From the human T2T-CHM13v2.0 reference genome, Homo sapiens: a stretch of DNA of 64,000 nt. This document shows, piece by piece, positions 15,275-25,785 of the stretch; within the stretch, counting starts at the first letter, position 1, and every line of letters begins with the position of its first letter. Below the pieces are notes generated by a model. It made no database searches. It saw only the letters and a program-made list of their open reading frames with translations, and was not told where the DNA came from. The position numbers were made by a program, and so were the translations under genes. The stretch lies in assembly GCF_009914755.1 (NCBI RefSeq), contig NC_060931.1. The stretch is one strand, 5' to 3'.

Positions 15275-16010
15275 CTGCATAACCTTGTTCTCCTCATTTT
15301 TTTTCTCTCTAAACAGTAATTGATAAATTAAGTTTTCACGTTAAAAATATAATAATTTTGTTTTTGCCTTTTAGAATACTTGTTTTGTTCTGTCTGGCTT
15401 TAGAATTGGGTAAGGACATAGAACGTGTAAGGGAGAAAAAGTAGGAGAGAAATAGAAATAAGTGAGAAGACAGACTAAGCAAAAGAGAGAGTGGGAGATA
15501 GATCAAATTTAGATATTTTGTGAAATGAAATTACCAAGTTATTTTTATTCCTAATCAGCATTCAGAAAGCTACATTATATAATATAGTTGAAAGAATAAT
15601 CAAGAACCTCAAAAATGTTTTCATTAGCCTAGACTTAAAGAAATATTGGTAAAGATTTGCTTTGTCACAGCACGTCACAACATATTTTCTGAGCTGTGAT
15701 CCAAGGTGAGTTACATGAGAAATTAGAAAATGTGTTGTTTATGTACATTTACCCTTTTAAAAATTATTAAATTGATCTAGTCTTTGTCTTTCAAGATCAT
15801 AGTATATGAAGTTGTATAAAATGTCATTTAGAGGTCTATTTTTATTGATTACAATGTTACATAATTTTAGATTTTTTTGATTATTGTAATAATATAATCC
15901 ATCCCATATTGACCAGTACCAAGAAAAATAGCTGATTTGCTGGACACATAAACTGAAGCCAAACTAACAAACTAATATGTACCTAAATCCATATATACAT
16001 ATTTATCTCA

Positions 16011-16038
16011 TATATGTGTGTATATATATATGTATGTG

Positions 16039-16083
<45 letters not shown>
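16011..16083. repeat. (TA)n/(TG)n microsatellite
   Basis: Long pure TA run preceded by mixed TG/TA. Confidence 0.97.
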
Positions 16084-16086
<3 letters not shown>

Positions 16087-16229
16087 ATGTACTAGGTAAG
16101 CAGAGATATATAGAGCATTAATTTATCAATACTGTTGTTCTATATGTGTTCCTGAGTGGTGTGAAATGTCTGGCATGCAATTGGCTTGAATTGAGGAGCT
16201 GCCCTTCAGAGCAGGGCTGTCTTCTAGAT

Positions 16230-16753
16230 CACTGGTCCCCAGACTTTTTGGCACCAGGGACCAGTGTCATGGAAGATAATTTTTCCATGGACCAGGGAGT
16301 GGGGAAATGGTTTCGGAATAATTCAAGTGCATTACGTTTATTGTGCACTTTATTCTATTATTATTTCATTGTAATATGTAATGAAATAACTATACAACTC
16401 ACCATAATATAGAATCAGTGGGAGCCCTACGCTTGTTTTCCTGCAACTGGATGGTCCCATTGGGGATGATGGGAGACAGTGACAGATATCGGATATTATA
16501 TTTTCATAAGGAGCACACAACCTAGTCCCTTGCATGTGCAGTTTACAATAGGGTTTGTGCTCCCGTGACATCTAATACCACCCTACTCTGACAGGAGGCA
16601 AGGCTCAGGTGGTAATGCAAGCGATGGCGAGTGGCTGTAAATACAGAGGAAATTTCACTGGCTCACCTGCCTCTCAGCTTTTGCTGTGCAGCCTGGTTCC
16701 TAACAGGCCATGGTACCAGTACAGGTCAGTGGCAGGGGTATTGAGGACCCCTG
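16230..16753 (+). mobile_element. MER1A hAT/Charlie DNA transposon
   Basis: TIRs CACTGGTCCCC...GGACCCCTG; ~524 bp; 8 bp TSD TTCTAGAT / TTTTAGAT. Confidence 0.93.
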
Positions 16754-17602
16754 TTTTAGATCAACTAAGCTCTCCATAAATACGTTAGAAAAAGTTCACA
16801 ATTTAAGCAAATGATCCAGGCAATTTTTCCCTTCCTTAAAATTAACTCTCTATGCAAAACAAAACTACAAGTGAGCTCTTACCTCTGTATTATATCAACA
16901 AATGATAAACTATTAGGAGGAGGATTGAAGGAACACAAACACGGAGGTCCCTTGGGCTTTCTGACTAATTCTTGTCATTTTTGTCAATTGCATTAACTCT
17001 CCAAAGTTCCCTTTGACCACTTATGGGATTATAACTTCAGCATTTCTCCTTACTGCTGCTGCCTGAGGCAGCCTATTTGATTTTGCCTACATCGCTCTGG
17101 GGCTTGCACGAAGTAGCAGTGTTAAACTTGCAGTGAAAGTGAGCCAAGCCTTTAAGTGCCTACTCAAACAACTTGGCTGACCTCATCATCCTTCTTCTTA
17201 CTAACACCTGGAAATGGATTCGGCCTGGGAGAAATAGATCCTTTTCTTCGTGGAAGCTTCTGCCTATAACTTCTAATTATTCCATGGGACTCTCGATGCT
17301 TTCAAAATGAGTCCATATTCCCCGTCAATCAGAACTATCTTAAACCTCTCTTAAAGGAAACACTTTCAAAATTATCCTTTCTTGGACCAGTTGATTCCAG
17401 GAATTACCATACTTTATATTTTGTCTTAGTCATATCAAACATTTTCACCTTTCATGAATAATTTGAACTTAAAGCAGAATGGGGCTTCCTGGTCCCTATA
17501 TTCATTTTCTTTCTTTCTATTTGCATTCCTGTTGGAAAGCAGTTTTGCTAGTTTGTAGTTTGTTTTTATTATAATGATCACCTAAAAGATAATATATCAA
17601 GA

Positions 17603-17872
17603 GCCAGTATAGCAGAGTGACTAAGAGCATGGATTCTGGAAACAGTCCATCTGATTTGAACCATGACCCTGTAGTTTAAGATCCCTTTGACCTTAGGCAA
17701 ATAAATTATTGAACTTCTCTGGGCTTTAATTTCCTCATCGGAAAAATGGCAATAATAATAATAAGTACTGGCTTGGTAGAGTTGCTATGGAGACTAAATG
17801 TGTTAACATAGTTAAAATTTAGGCATAATGTGACCTATAATAATAAGCTCTTTATAAGTGTTAGATATTATA
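17603..17872 (+). mobile_element. MIR, near full length
   Basis: CAGTATAGCAGAGTGACTAAGAGCATGGATTCTGGA...TTTCCTCATCGGAAAAATGG...AAGTGTTAG. Confidence 0.88.
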
Positions 17873-18269
17873 TTTGCCATCTAAGATATGCTCTGAGTGA
17901 TGATAAATATCAGCATGTAAACACTGTTTGTCTTAAAAATGCACTACTGTGAATACTCTAAAATAGCCTAGTGAGCCATCTTTTGCTCTTAGGGGTACAT
18001 CCATGAATAATGGCTAGCCCTGAAGGTACGTGATGCTAAAACAATGGCATTGCCAGTTTTAACATTGTGGGACTCAGGCAGAATGGAGTCAAAAGACTAA
18101 GAATGGTCTACAAGAAGAAAGAAGGAAGGGAAACAGAAGAAAGACCACCCAACCAATAAACAAGTGTTTTCACCCATCCTGTGTATTCTAGGTGTATTTT
18201 TGATTACCTTCTCATATTATCATATTATTTGTGGAATGTGGACTGTACAGGGACTACCTTTAAAACATT

Positions 18270-18662
18270 GTGTGAACTAATAAATAGCATGAGAACAACT
18301 AGATAAGGCATTACCCAGAATTTTTGACCTGTGGAATGGTCACACCTGAATCCAAGTATGCCACTGAAAGTTTCAGAAGCCTCTTCTGTGGCATTTAAAC
18401 TGAATAATAGAGAGGCCTAGAGCATTTGCGGGGCAGAAAGACAGGGAGAGAGAGAGAGAGAGACAGACACAGACAGACAGACAGACAGACTAACTACACG
18501 GAGAAATCTCAACCTCTAGCAGTGGACTTGATGGAAGAAACTACTCTTTGAAAATGCTGTTTCTACTCCAAAGTCATAACTAACCCATATTATGTATGTT
18601 TATCAGATTTATCCCTCAAAGAAATTTCTTCCAGGAAATATTGGGTCAAGGAGACTGTTACA
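18270..18662 (+). mobile_element. LTR81-like Gypsy LTR (5' LTR of the fossil provirus)
   Basis: GATAAGGC.TTACCCAGAAT..GTCACAC..GTATGCCACTGAAAGTTTC..AGAGAGGCCTA followed by a (GA)n tract matches the recalled LTR81 consensus; ends in TGTTACA; lies just upstream of gag remnants. Confidence 0.7.
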
Positions 18663-18852
18663 GAATAACTTATCCCTTATTTATTGTGCATTGTTTATTT
18701 TTGAAATGTGGAGACGCCTTATGGAGAAGAAAGACTTATGGGGGGTATGGTTTAGTTTGGTGGTCTACATAATATCTGGGTAATCTCCACACAGATCCTG
18801 TGTTGTAGACAATGATGCATAAGTAGCATAGCTTCTGCTACATGTCACTAGG

Positions 18853-19361
18853 CACTGAAAACTCAAAATATTTGTCAGGCTATTGAGAAAGTTATAGGGA
18901 AAGAAAATTTGAACAAGCAGTAGATAGACAACAGAAATATGAACTCCGAAATGAATGTGAAATGTGGGAGGCTGGAATGTCAGCTTCAAGGTGGCTTATG
19001 GAGGAAAATCTGGAGAAACTTGGGGAAGGTGGCAGCACCAATGTTTTGCTGAGGTCTGTGTGATCAGTAGTTTATAAAGTAAATCTTCAGTAGTTTAGAA
19101 AATGCCAAGATACATATGCAAGTTCTTAACAACCTAGACAAGAGCAGATAAAATAAATGCAATTTTGTGATATACTAGAAAGTTTTTTAAAAGGACATTA
19201 GAGAGGAAGGCTTAGGAAAATGGAACCAATTGAGACTCAGTTAAGAGCTGGTGGGAGTAATATATAGCCTAGTGCCAAGCTCTGCCCGACAACATAAATC
19301 TCTCCAAGATGTCTGAGCATCCCTGTGATTTCCATTAATTCAAAGAGAAGCAAGATGGGAA
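18853..19361 (+). pseudogene. Decayed Ty3/Gypsy gag capsid, PNMA/MOAP1-like
   Basis: Manual translation with slips: H*KLKIF/SG ... RWLME ... K*IFSSLEN .../KFLTT* ../FVI/LESFLK/RTLERKA ../NQLRLS*ELVG ... LIQREARWE. This is colinear with PNMA1/2 YRKLRVFSG ... RWLAE ... KQVFGSLES ... KFLNTY ... YVIRLEPLLQKVVEKGA ... NQARLEQVIAG ... VIREEE. Confidence 0.8.
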
Positions 19362-20242
19362 GTCAGAGGTTACTGACAACCAAGAAAAAAAATGAAATAG
19401 TTGAAGAGGCAAAGATCATAAATCAACTCATACGATGTGTCTTATTGAAAGCTGACATATTGGTAGATGCCTTAGACAGTTGGAATAAGAATTTCCAATC
19501 CTCACCTTCACGGGAAGGGGCGTAACAACATGGGCAAGCTCATGAATTCCCCTCAAAACGACACCCCACCTCCTGCTACCAGTACTATCTGAGAGAGTAT
19601 TTAGTACATACTAGTAAATTATACCTCTAAGGAATTACTTCCTAGAGTTGGACAAAATGTCATGGTATTGGATTTGCTTGGGTTCTGGCAGTAACATACT
19701 ACTAGAGCTCCTATCTTGCAATACTCTGAGAAAAGTGTAAGCAGTCTAAAGTTTCTGCATTAACAGATGAAGACAAATTCTGGACAAAGACTCTCAAGTC
19801 ACCATTATTATTTAGTCCATTTCTGGGCATCAGCGTCCACATTTTCCCACAGTGATTATTGACATAACACTCAGTAGTCTGAATGTAGGACATTATCTGC
19901 ATCTGGGCAAACTGTGCTGAAGAGCCCCTGAAGTTGCCAGAGGAGATCAGAGAAGTGACACATGTGGAGCCAGAACTTGCAACCAGACTAATGTTGCTAA
20001 GCAAGAATGTAAGTCAGAAGTTTATCAACAACCTAGAAAAAAAATAGAAATGGTTCACGAGGCAAAGATCATAAATCAACTCAGATGATGTGTCTTATTG
20101 AAAGCTGACAGGTGGGTGGAAGTGTTAGATGGTTGGAATGAGAATTTCCAATCTTTACCTTCATGGGTAGGGGTGCATCATGGGCAAGCTCATGCCATTC
20201 TCCTCAAAAAGGCACCCCACCTTCTGCTACCAGTGCTGTCTG
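19348..20242 (+). repeat. Dispersed direct repeat of ~244 bp: copy 1 at 19348-19591, copy 2 at 19999-20242
   Basis: Hand alignment gives ~83% identity, with shared core GAGGCAAAGATCATAAATCAACTCA.A.GATGTGTCTTATTGAAAGCTGACA; offset 651 bp. Confidence 0.95.
19672..20010 (+). pseudogene. Decayed CCHC zinc knuckle plus retropepsin (Gypsy protease)
   Basis: ICLGSGSN/H (19672-) resembles a degenerate Cx2Cx4H knuckle. INR*RQILDKDSQVTII (19759-19809) corresponds to Gypsy ING...LLD[ST]GSQVTII. It is followed by QRPHFP, YLHLG, LKLPEEI and MLLSKN, which fit the usual HLPI, YPYLG, LEFPEEV and LLGTN. Confidence 0.7.
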
Positions 20243-20900
20243 CAAATTCTAACTACTTTTTGGTATTGACCCATTATTCATTACCACTTATGGAAGAAAG
20301 TGTCTGACATCTTATCATGCTCCCCTTAAATGCCTTTGTGCCTACTTGTATAATTAGATAAAAGTCAGAAAGTACCATGAGAAAATTTTCAGATATCTCA
20401 GCCTACAGGCTGTCGGGAAAAGAAGTCACACACAAAGTATAAGCTTCTTTGACACTGGAAGGTTTTAGATACCCAAGCACTTGAAAGAATCTGTGACAGG
20501 GAAACTAGAAGGGAGGAGGAAAAGCTCTCTCATGTTTTGCGAAATGTAGACTCAGGAACAGTGGAGCAATATGCAATTCTAGGACACCTGGAGTTTTATC
20601 AGTGAGCACTTTAGGAATGTCTGTTTCTCCAAGATGGATTCCTTGAGGGATTGCGTGAAGCAATCCTTATGTTAATGGTGTTATTTTTAAATTCTGAACT
20701 CCATGCTTGTTTGATCATACTGTAGATAAGGTAACAAGAGGAAAATTAACACAGAACTCTATGATTATGGCAGCCAATAGGAGAAGAAAAAATCCTTCAA
20801 GATGCCTTCACTAGAAAGCAGCTTTGGAAAAGACAAAACATATTATTAATTGAGGGGTATCACAGAGTAGTGCCTCATAAGTGGCTTGTGGCTACAGTTA
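20010..20900 (+). pseudogene. Decayed Gypsy integrase
   Basis: In order: MVHEA/KDHKS/*CVLLK (end of the HHCC region; copy 1 of the repeat retains R at the stop), NFQSL, NYFLVLTHYS (20251-20280), AFVPT (20332), AYRL (20401), F*IPKHL..S/QGN (20463-20505), LMF (20529), NTELYD (20748). The 3' boundary is uncertain. Confidence 0.6.
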
Positions 20901-21927
20901 TTGCTACTTCGGAAATACTTCCCAGAAATGCTGAGAGCAATGCCTCATGTCTTTGAAACCAAGGGAGGGAGAAGGCACTGGATATCATCTGATACCTAGG
21001 AAGAGAGAAGGCTCTAGAGATCACTGGGCAGTATTTCTGGCCCCAGAAATAAAAAATGTTTAAGGACCATTATCTTTAATTCTGGCACCTGCAAAGATGA
21101 GTATGGGGAGGAGAGTGGAAAGTAAAATGTGCCCTCCAGGAAGGTTTATGTAAAATGCATCTGACCAGTACTTTTTAAAAAAAATTGTATGTGTTGATTT
21201 TTTTCCCATTAGAAACAGCTAATCTGATATTAGTAAGAGAGTTTTACAGCAGTCATACCAAATCATATCCTATGAATAATCAGAATCTATTCTCTCTGTT
21301 CCATGGATGCTGTGGGAGTTTGTTCATTACAGACTTCCTCTTTGAATTCCTTCTAACCAAGGCAGAGCTTTTAAGAGCCCATTTCTAGAGAAATAATTTT
21401 ATTAGGCAGAAATTTCAAAAAAAAATACCATGACTATTCTCTAATATCCATAGTGAGGCTGTAAACCAGAAATATTTAGCAGAACTTTGTAAATATCTGG
21501 GGAACTCTCCTTTCAAAGTCAAAGCTGTAGTTACTAGCATTTTATTCCTTTCCTGATATCCTACCCCAAAGCTTTCATTTTCCACTGACCTCAGTTTTGG
21601 GGTATGTTTCAAGAGACAATGGATTGCCTTGATTCAGTAAGAAACTAACCTGAAAAATATTCTAGAAGTTTTTCATCATTTGGCAGCTGCAGTCACTCAA
21701 AAAGCAACACAGCCTGCTCTAAAGACACTATGACACCATGTGGGATATCAATGGCATGCTGGAGTTTCATTCACTTGCAAGAGTTTTCAAGGCATTTTAC
21801 AAAAGAAGTTACTGCAGCTAGATTAGGGCCATTTGACCTCTTGCCCCAAATTATTTATTTTTCTATGTTCATTTTATAATAAAGTACTGAAAATAACTTA
21901 ATGATAACTAATATTTGTAAGAAAAAC

Positions 21928-21978
21928 TGTGTGCACACACATGCACATGTGTGTGCATGTGTGCATGTATGTGTGTGA
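21928..21978. repeat. Alternating purine-pyrimidine (CA/TG) tract containing a palindrome
   Basis: TGCACACACATG-CA-CATGTGTGTGCA at 21932-21957. Confidence 0.9.
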
Positions 21979-22343
21979 ATATCTGTGTGTTAAGAGACTT
22001 AGTTTTTTAAAATGAAATGGAAGAATTAAGACTATTTTTCATGGCTAGGTTCTATTAAACACAGCAATTACGTGAATTCCCCTTCATTCTTCCTGGATAA
22101 ATATAGAAAAGTGAGTAAATCTCCTACTTTGAAAAAGTAGGGCACAAATAAGATGTATCTGAGAACCTAGTCATAGGGCAAAGGGAGAAAAATAAACGGT
22201 GAGAGACCAAGACAAGGAGACTTCTGTGCACAAATCTGAGGATATATTTACATGGACCAAAAGGCAACCTGATGGGGAAATATGTATTTTGATTACCTTC
22301 TGGACACTGATAATGATGCTAATGGCTACTATATGCTAATATT

Positions 22344-22790
22344 TATTGAAAGATAATTCTCAATGTTTCCTTCATGTTTCTGTACATTTCACAAGCAGAA
22401 GCATCTACAGCCTATGTTCCAGACTGTCATTCCAAGGATGTTTTTGTAGTGGACAACCTTGGGAGACAGAGATTATAACTCTCCTTTGAGCAAAAAGAAG
22501 ATGTGTTTGTTGTGCTTTATAAAAGACTCAGATTCCCTAAATTTGGGGATTTCCTCCTGACACAACTCTCTGCTTGTGCAGATGTGACCTGGCCCTTTTC
22601 ATGTTTCCCAATAAAACTAAAGTAGGGGGACAGAAAAAAAACATGAGGTACATGCTGTTTGCTATGACATAATTAATACAGTTCTTTGTCTCAGAGCCAG
22701 GAGTCTCATGTCTTCTCCTAGCATCCGAGGATCTGCAGCAGGCTATCTTATTACACAGTTATTACAGAAATATTTCAGACCTTCCACAGT
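22344..22790 (+). mobile_element. LTR40-like ERVL solo LTR
   Basis: AGATAATTCTC..GTTTCTGTACAT..CAAGGATGTTT..TTCCCTAA..CAGGAGTCTCATGTCTTCT..CAGACCTTCCACA matches the recalled LTR40 consensus. Confidence 0.75.
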
Positions 22791-23069
22791 CTGGGCAATG
22801 GTCTTTCTTGTAAAATGCCTTTTTGAGTATCAGAAAATAATCATTGCTCCTAACGGATTTGAAGATAAACTACGCTTATTTACGTTCCAAGAGGTAAAAG
22901 AAGAAAATCAGACCACTATAAGCAGAAGGACATTTCTCACATAGTCTCACCAAAGCAAATTGCAAAATTCAATAAAGAATATATCTCGGAGAAGCCAAGA
23001 TATAGAACTATAGAAAAAGAAAAGATAGTAGAACAATAACTCAGTACATCCTAATAATAACAACGAAAG

Positions 23070-23250
23070 CAATAATTAACTTACATATGGTGGTTTGCAG
23101 TTTACAATGCATTTCCACACATTATTTTATTTGGGTCTTATAACGACCTTTGAAATAGTCTTTTTTATTTTCTTAATTACACAGTTGAGAAAATTAAAGT
23201 TTAGAAAAGGTTACATAAGTTGCTGACGGCCAAAACTAACAAGTTAAGGA
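23070..23250 (-). mobile_element. MIR (MIR3/MIRc-like)
   Basis: TTTGCAGTTTACAATGCATTTCCACACATTATT...ACAGTTGAGAAAATTAAAG. Confidence 0.65.
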
Positions 23251-23359
23251 AATAAACAATTGATATAGACTCAAGCAAACTGAATAAAACCAAAAACAAA
23301 AATCAAGATTTGGCCTTAGGATCACAATCTTTTGTCACAAATTATTTCCTTTCTGTTTT

Positions 23360-25080
23360 AAATCTTCCACTTGTCCCCTGTGAACATGTCTTTCTCTCCT
23401 ATGCAGAAGAACAAAATCCCTCTATTTACACTGTTTACTTTAGTTATAATCCTTCCACTTTGTTTTCATGGTGAAATTATATAAAGAGTAGCTTACATGT
23501 GTTCTCTCTGTCTTTCCTGTTTTCCATCCATTTCATCTATTATTGTTTTTTAAAAAAATCCATATTAAAATCACCAGTGGCATTCTAAATGATAAAGACT
23601 CGGGATGCGTTTTGGTTATTATCTCAAGTTCAATCTCATTTTTTGAAAACATGTTTCTTCTTTGGATTGTGGAATACTTTCAATCACTTATTCTCTTCTT
23701 TCTTTCTGGTTACAATTTCTCAGTTGTTTTCATGGAGATCTCATCTTCCAACTGTCTTATAAATAAATCTTTCTAGAGTTTCATCTCCATCCTTCTCTCC
23801 TTGCTCAATCTGCTTCCACTAAAACATCTCATCTATGCCCATGATTTGATAACTACTCACAATGCAAAGGCACACCCATTCTATATGTCTGGCTCTGATT
23901 TCTTTCTTGAGCTCCAGATATGTATTTCCAAGTATCGAATTTATATCTCAATCTGATAACCTGTGAACTTAAGGTTCAATATGTCCAAAATCAAACCACT
24001 CTACTTTCCCTCTAAATTATTTCTTTTTGTTTTCCTTTCCTGGATTGGGTGAGCCACACTGACTTACTTCTAAAAGCTGAAATGCCCCATCCTTCTTCCT
24101 TAGTCTCCATATTCAGTTGGTGATTGAATTCGGTTCATTCTGCCTCTAGATACTCCCTGTAACATGTGCTTATCTCTCTGTTAACAATGCCTTAACCTTC
24201 ATGGAACCCCACATATTCAATAGGCTGCCCTAGTAAAATAATCTCCTAATAGGTTTTTAGTCTCCTTTTCATCAAAGATACAATTTATTTACTTCTTTCT
24301 GAAATTTAAATCTTACAATTTTGCTATCTCCAGAATTAAAATCTTCAATATCTTCAGATATTTTACTACCTCCAAAATTAATATTGAAGATATTGATTTA
24401 TGTTTATGTCTTTATGAAGATTTATGTTTGTTTTTATGTTTATGTTTGTGTTTTTATGAAGATTGATTTGTTAATAAATAGGTTCTTAATCATGTTTCAG
24501 GAATAGGAAAAGCTAGACTCCAGGATTTGGATTTTAACATCTCCACAAGGAAAGGGGAGAGGGGCTTGACTTCTTCTCAGGAGTGTATTCATTTCATTGT
24601 TAGGCAATGTTGATGGATAATATTTTATCAATGGCATCTAAAGACCCACTTTTTGTGACTATTGCTAAATTCTTCAGCCTTACCTTCAGTGCTTAGACTC
24701 ATGCCCATGTACACACATGCATGACATGCATGCTCATACACAAATATGTCTATACACCAACACACACATCAAGTTCTTCCCTGATATGTAACAGTCATTC
24801 CTGCTTCTCCACATGCTCTGATAACTGCTTGGAGTTTCTTTTCTTCCCCCACCTCTACTCAATACTTTCTATTCAAATTAAAACCCCATTCCACTCTCAA
24901 CTTCTATCCATATGCGCAGAGTTAAAATCTCTCCAAGAATCTTGCATACGTAACATTCAGAGAATGCATTTCATTGCTTTGTCATCATTTGCCACTGGAT
25001 CTGTCTCTCCGAACAGGCTGCTGAATAATGAATACAGTTAAGTTCCTCTAGCTTGTGTACTCTATTTATTATTTACTGTG
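23360..25080 (+). mobile_element. L2 fragments
   Basis: Pyrimidine-rich L2 ORF2/3' motifs (ATCTCATCTATGCCCATG, TCTTGAGCTCCAGA, AATATGTCCAAAATCAAAC); broken by low-complexity sequence at ~24380-24480. Confidence 0.7.
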
Positions 25081-25378
25081 GCACTTCCTATAATAATGTG
25101 GAAAGTGGTAACTAAGGAAACTTGGAAAATTCTAGTGAATCACAACCTGTAAACCATCACTGAGTTAAGGATAAAGTATCAACTTAAGATACATAAGCCT
25201 TAGTGATAATTTTTGTTATAAATTGTTATAATAATATTACTAACAAAAATAAGAGCTATCATTTTATAGGTAGGGATTATTATCTTCAGTATAAACTGAG
25301 GGGATGAAATGAAAGTATAAAGAAATTGTGATGACTTGGCTAATGTCCCAAGGTAAATGGTAGGTTCTATTTTACTCC

Positions 25379-25785
25379 TGTGATAATGGCCAAATTAGTA
25401 GTTTTCACCAAATAGCTCAGTTCTCCCCTGGCACTGGGCAGATGGAAGAAATGCTACTCCCTTGAAGTTAAATATGGTCATGTGAATTGCTTAGGCCAAA
25501 GAAATATTAGCGTATCACTTGCAGGGAGAAGGTATCAGAGCCAGCACACAGTCACGAGTGCTCTCTCTCTCTCTCTTTCTCTCTCTGTCACAGCAACTGC
25601 CAATTTTTAAAGCTCATGGCTGCTCCATCTGACAGGGACTTCACTGTAGACAATGTGAGATGAAACCACTTGCTGACTCAGATTGGAAATGTAATATGAG
25701 CAAAAAATGAACTTCTGTTGTGTTAGCCCACTAAGACTTCGTACATTTTTCAGACATGGCATGATTTGGCTCACTTTGACCAACA
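25379..25785 (+). mobile_element. MLT1I-like MaLR solo LTR
   Basis: CCCTTGAAGTTAAATATGGTCATGTGA..TAGGCCAA; ATGAGCAAAAAATGAACTTCTGTTGTGTTAGCCCACT. Confidence 0.75.

Noticed and set aside
19711-20004. 97 aa minus-strand ORF with an acceptor-like TTTTCTAG near 20035
   Set aside because: Antisense to the protease remnant; the + strand explains the sequence
19348-20242. The 244 bp direct repeats read as LTRs of a mini-element or as a CRISPR-like array
   Set aside because: No TG..CA termini, TSD or PBS/PPT; only two copies, and they carry integrase-like motifs; eukaryotic DNA
21148-21600. Possible 3' LTR of the Gypsy element
   Set aside because: No visible similarity to 18270-18662
18193-22301. 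TGTATTTT(T)GATTACCTTCT present at 18193 and 22283, bracketing the Gypsy relic
   Set aside because: Too long for an LTR-element TSD and not at the element ends; AT-rich, so plausibly chance
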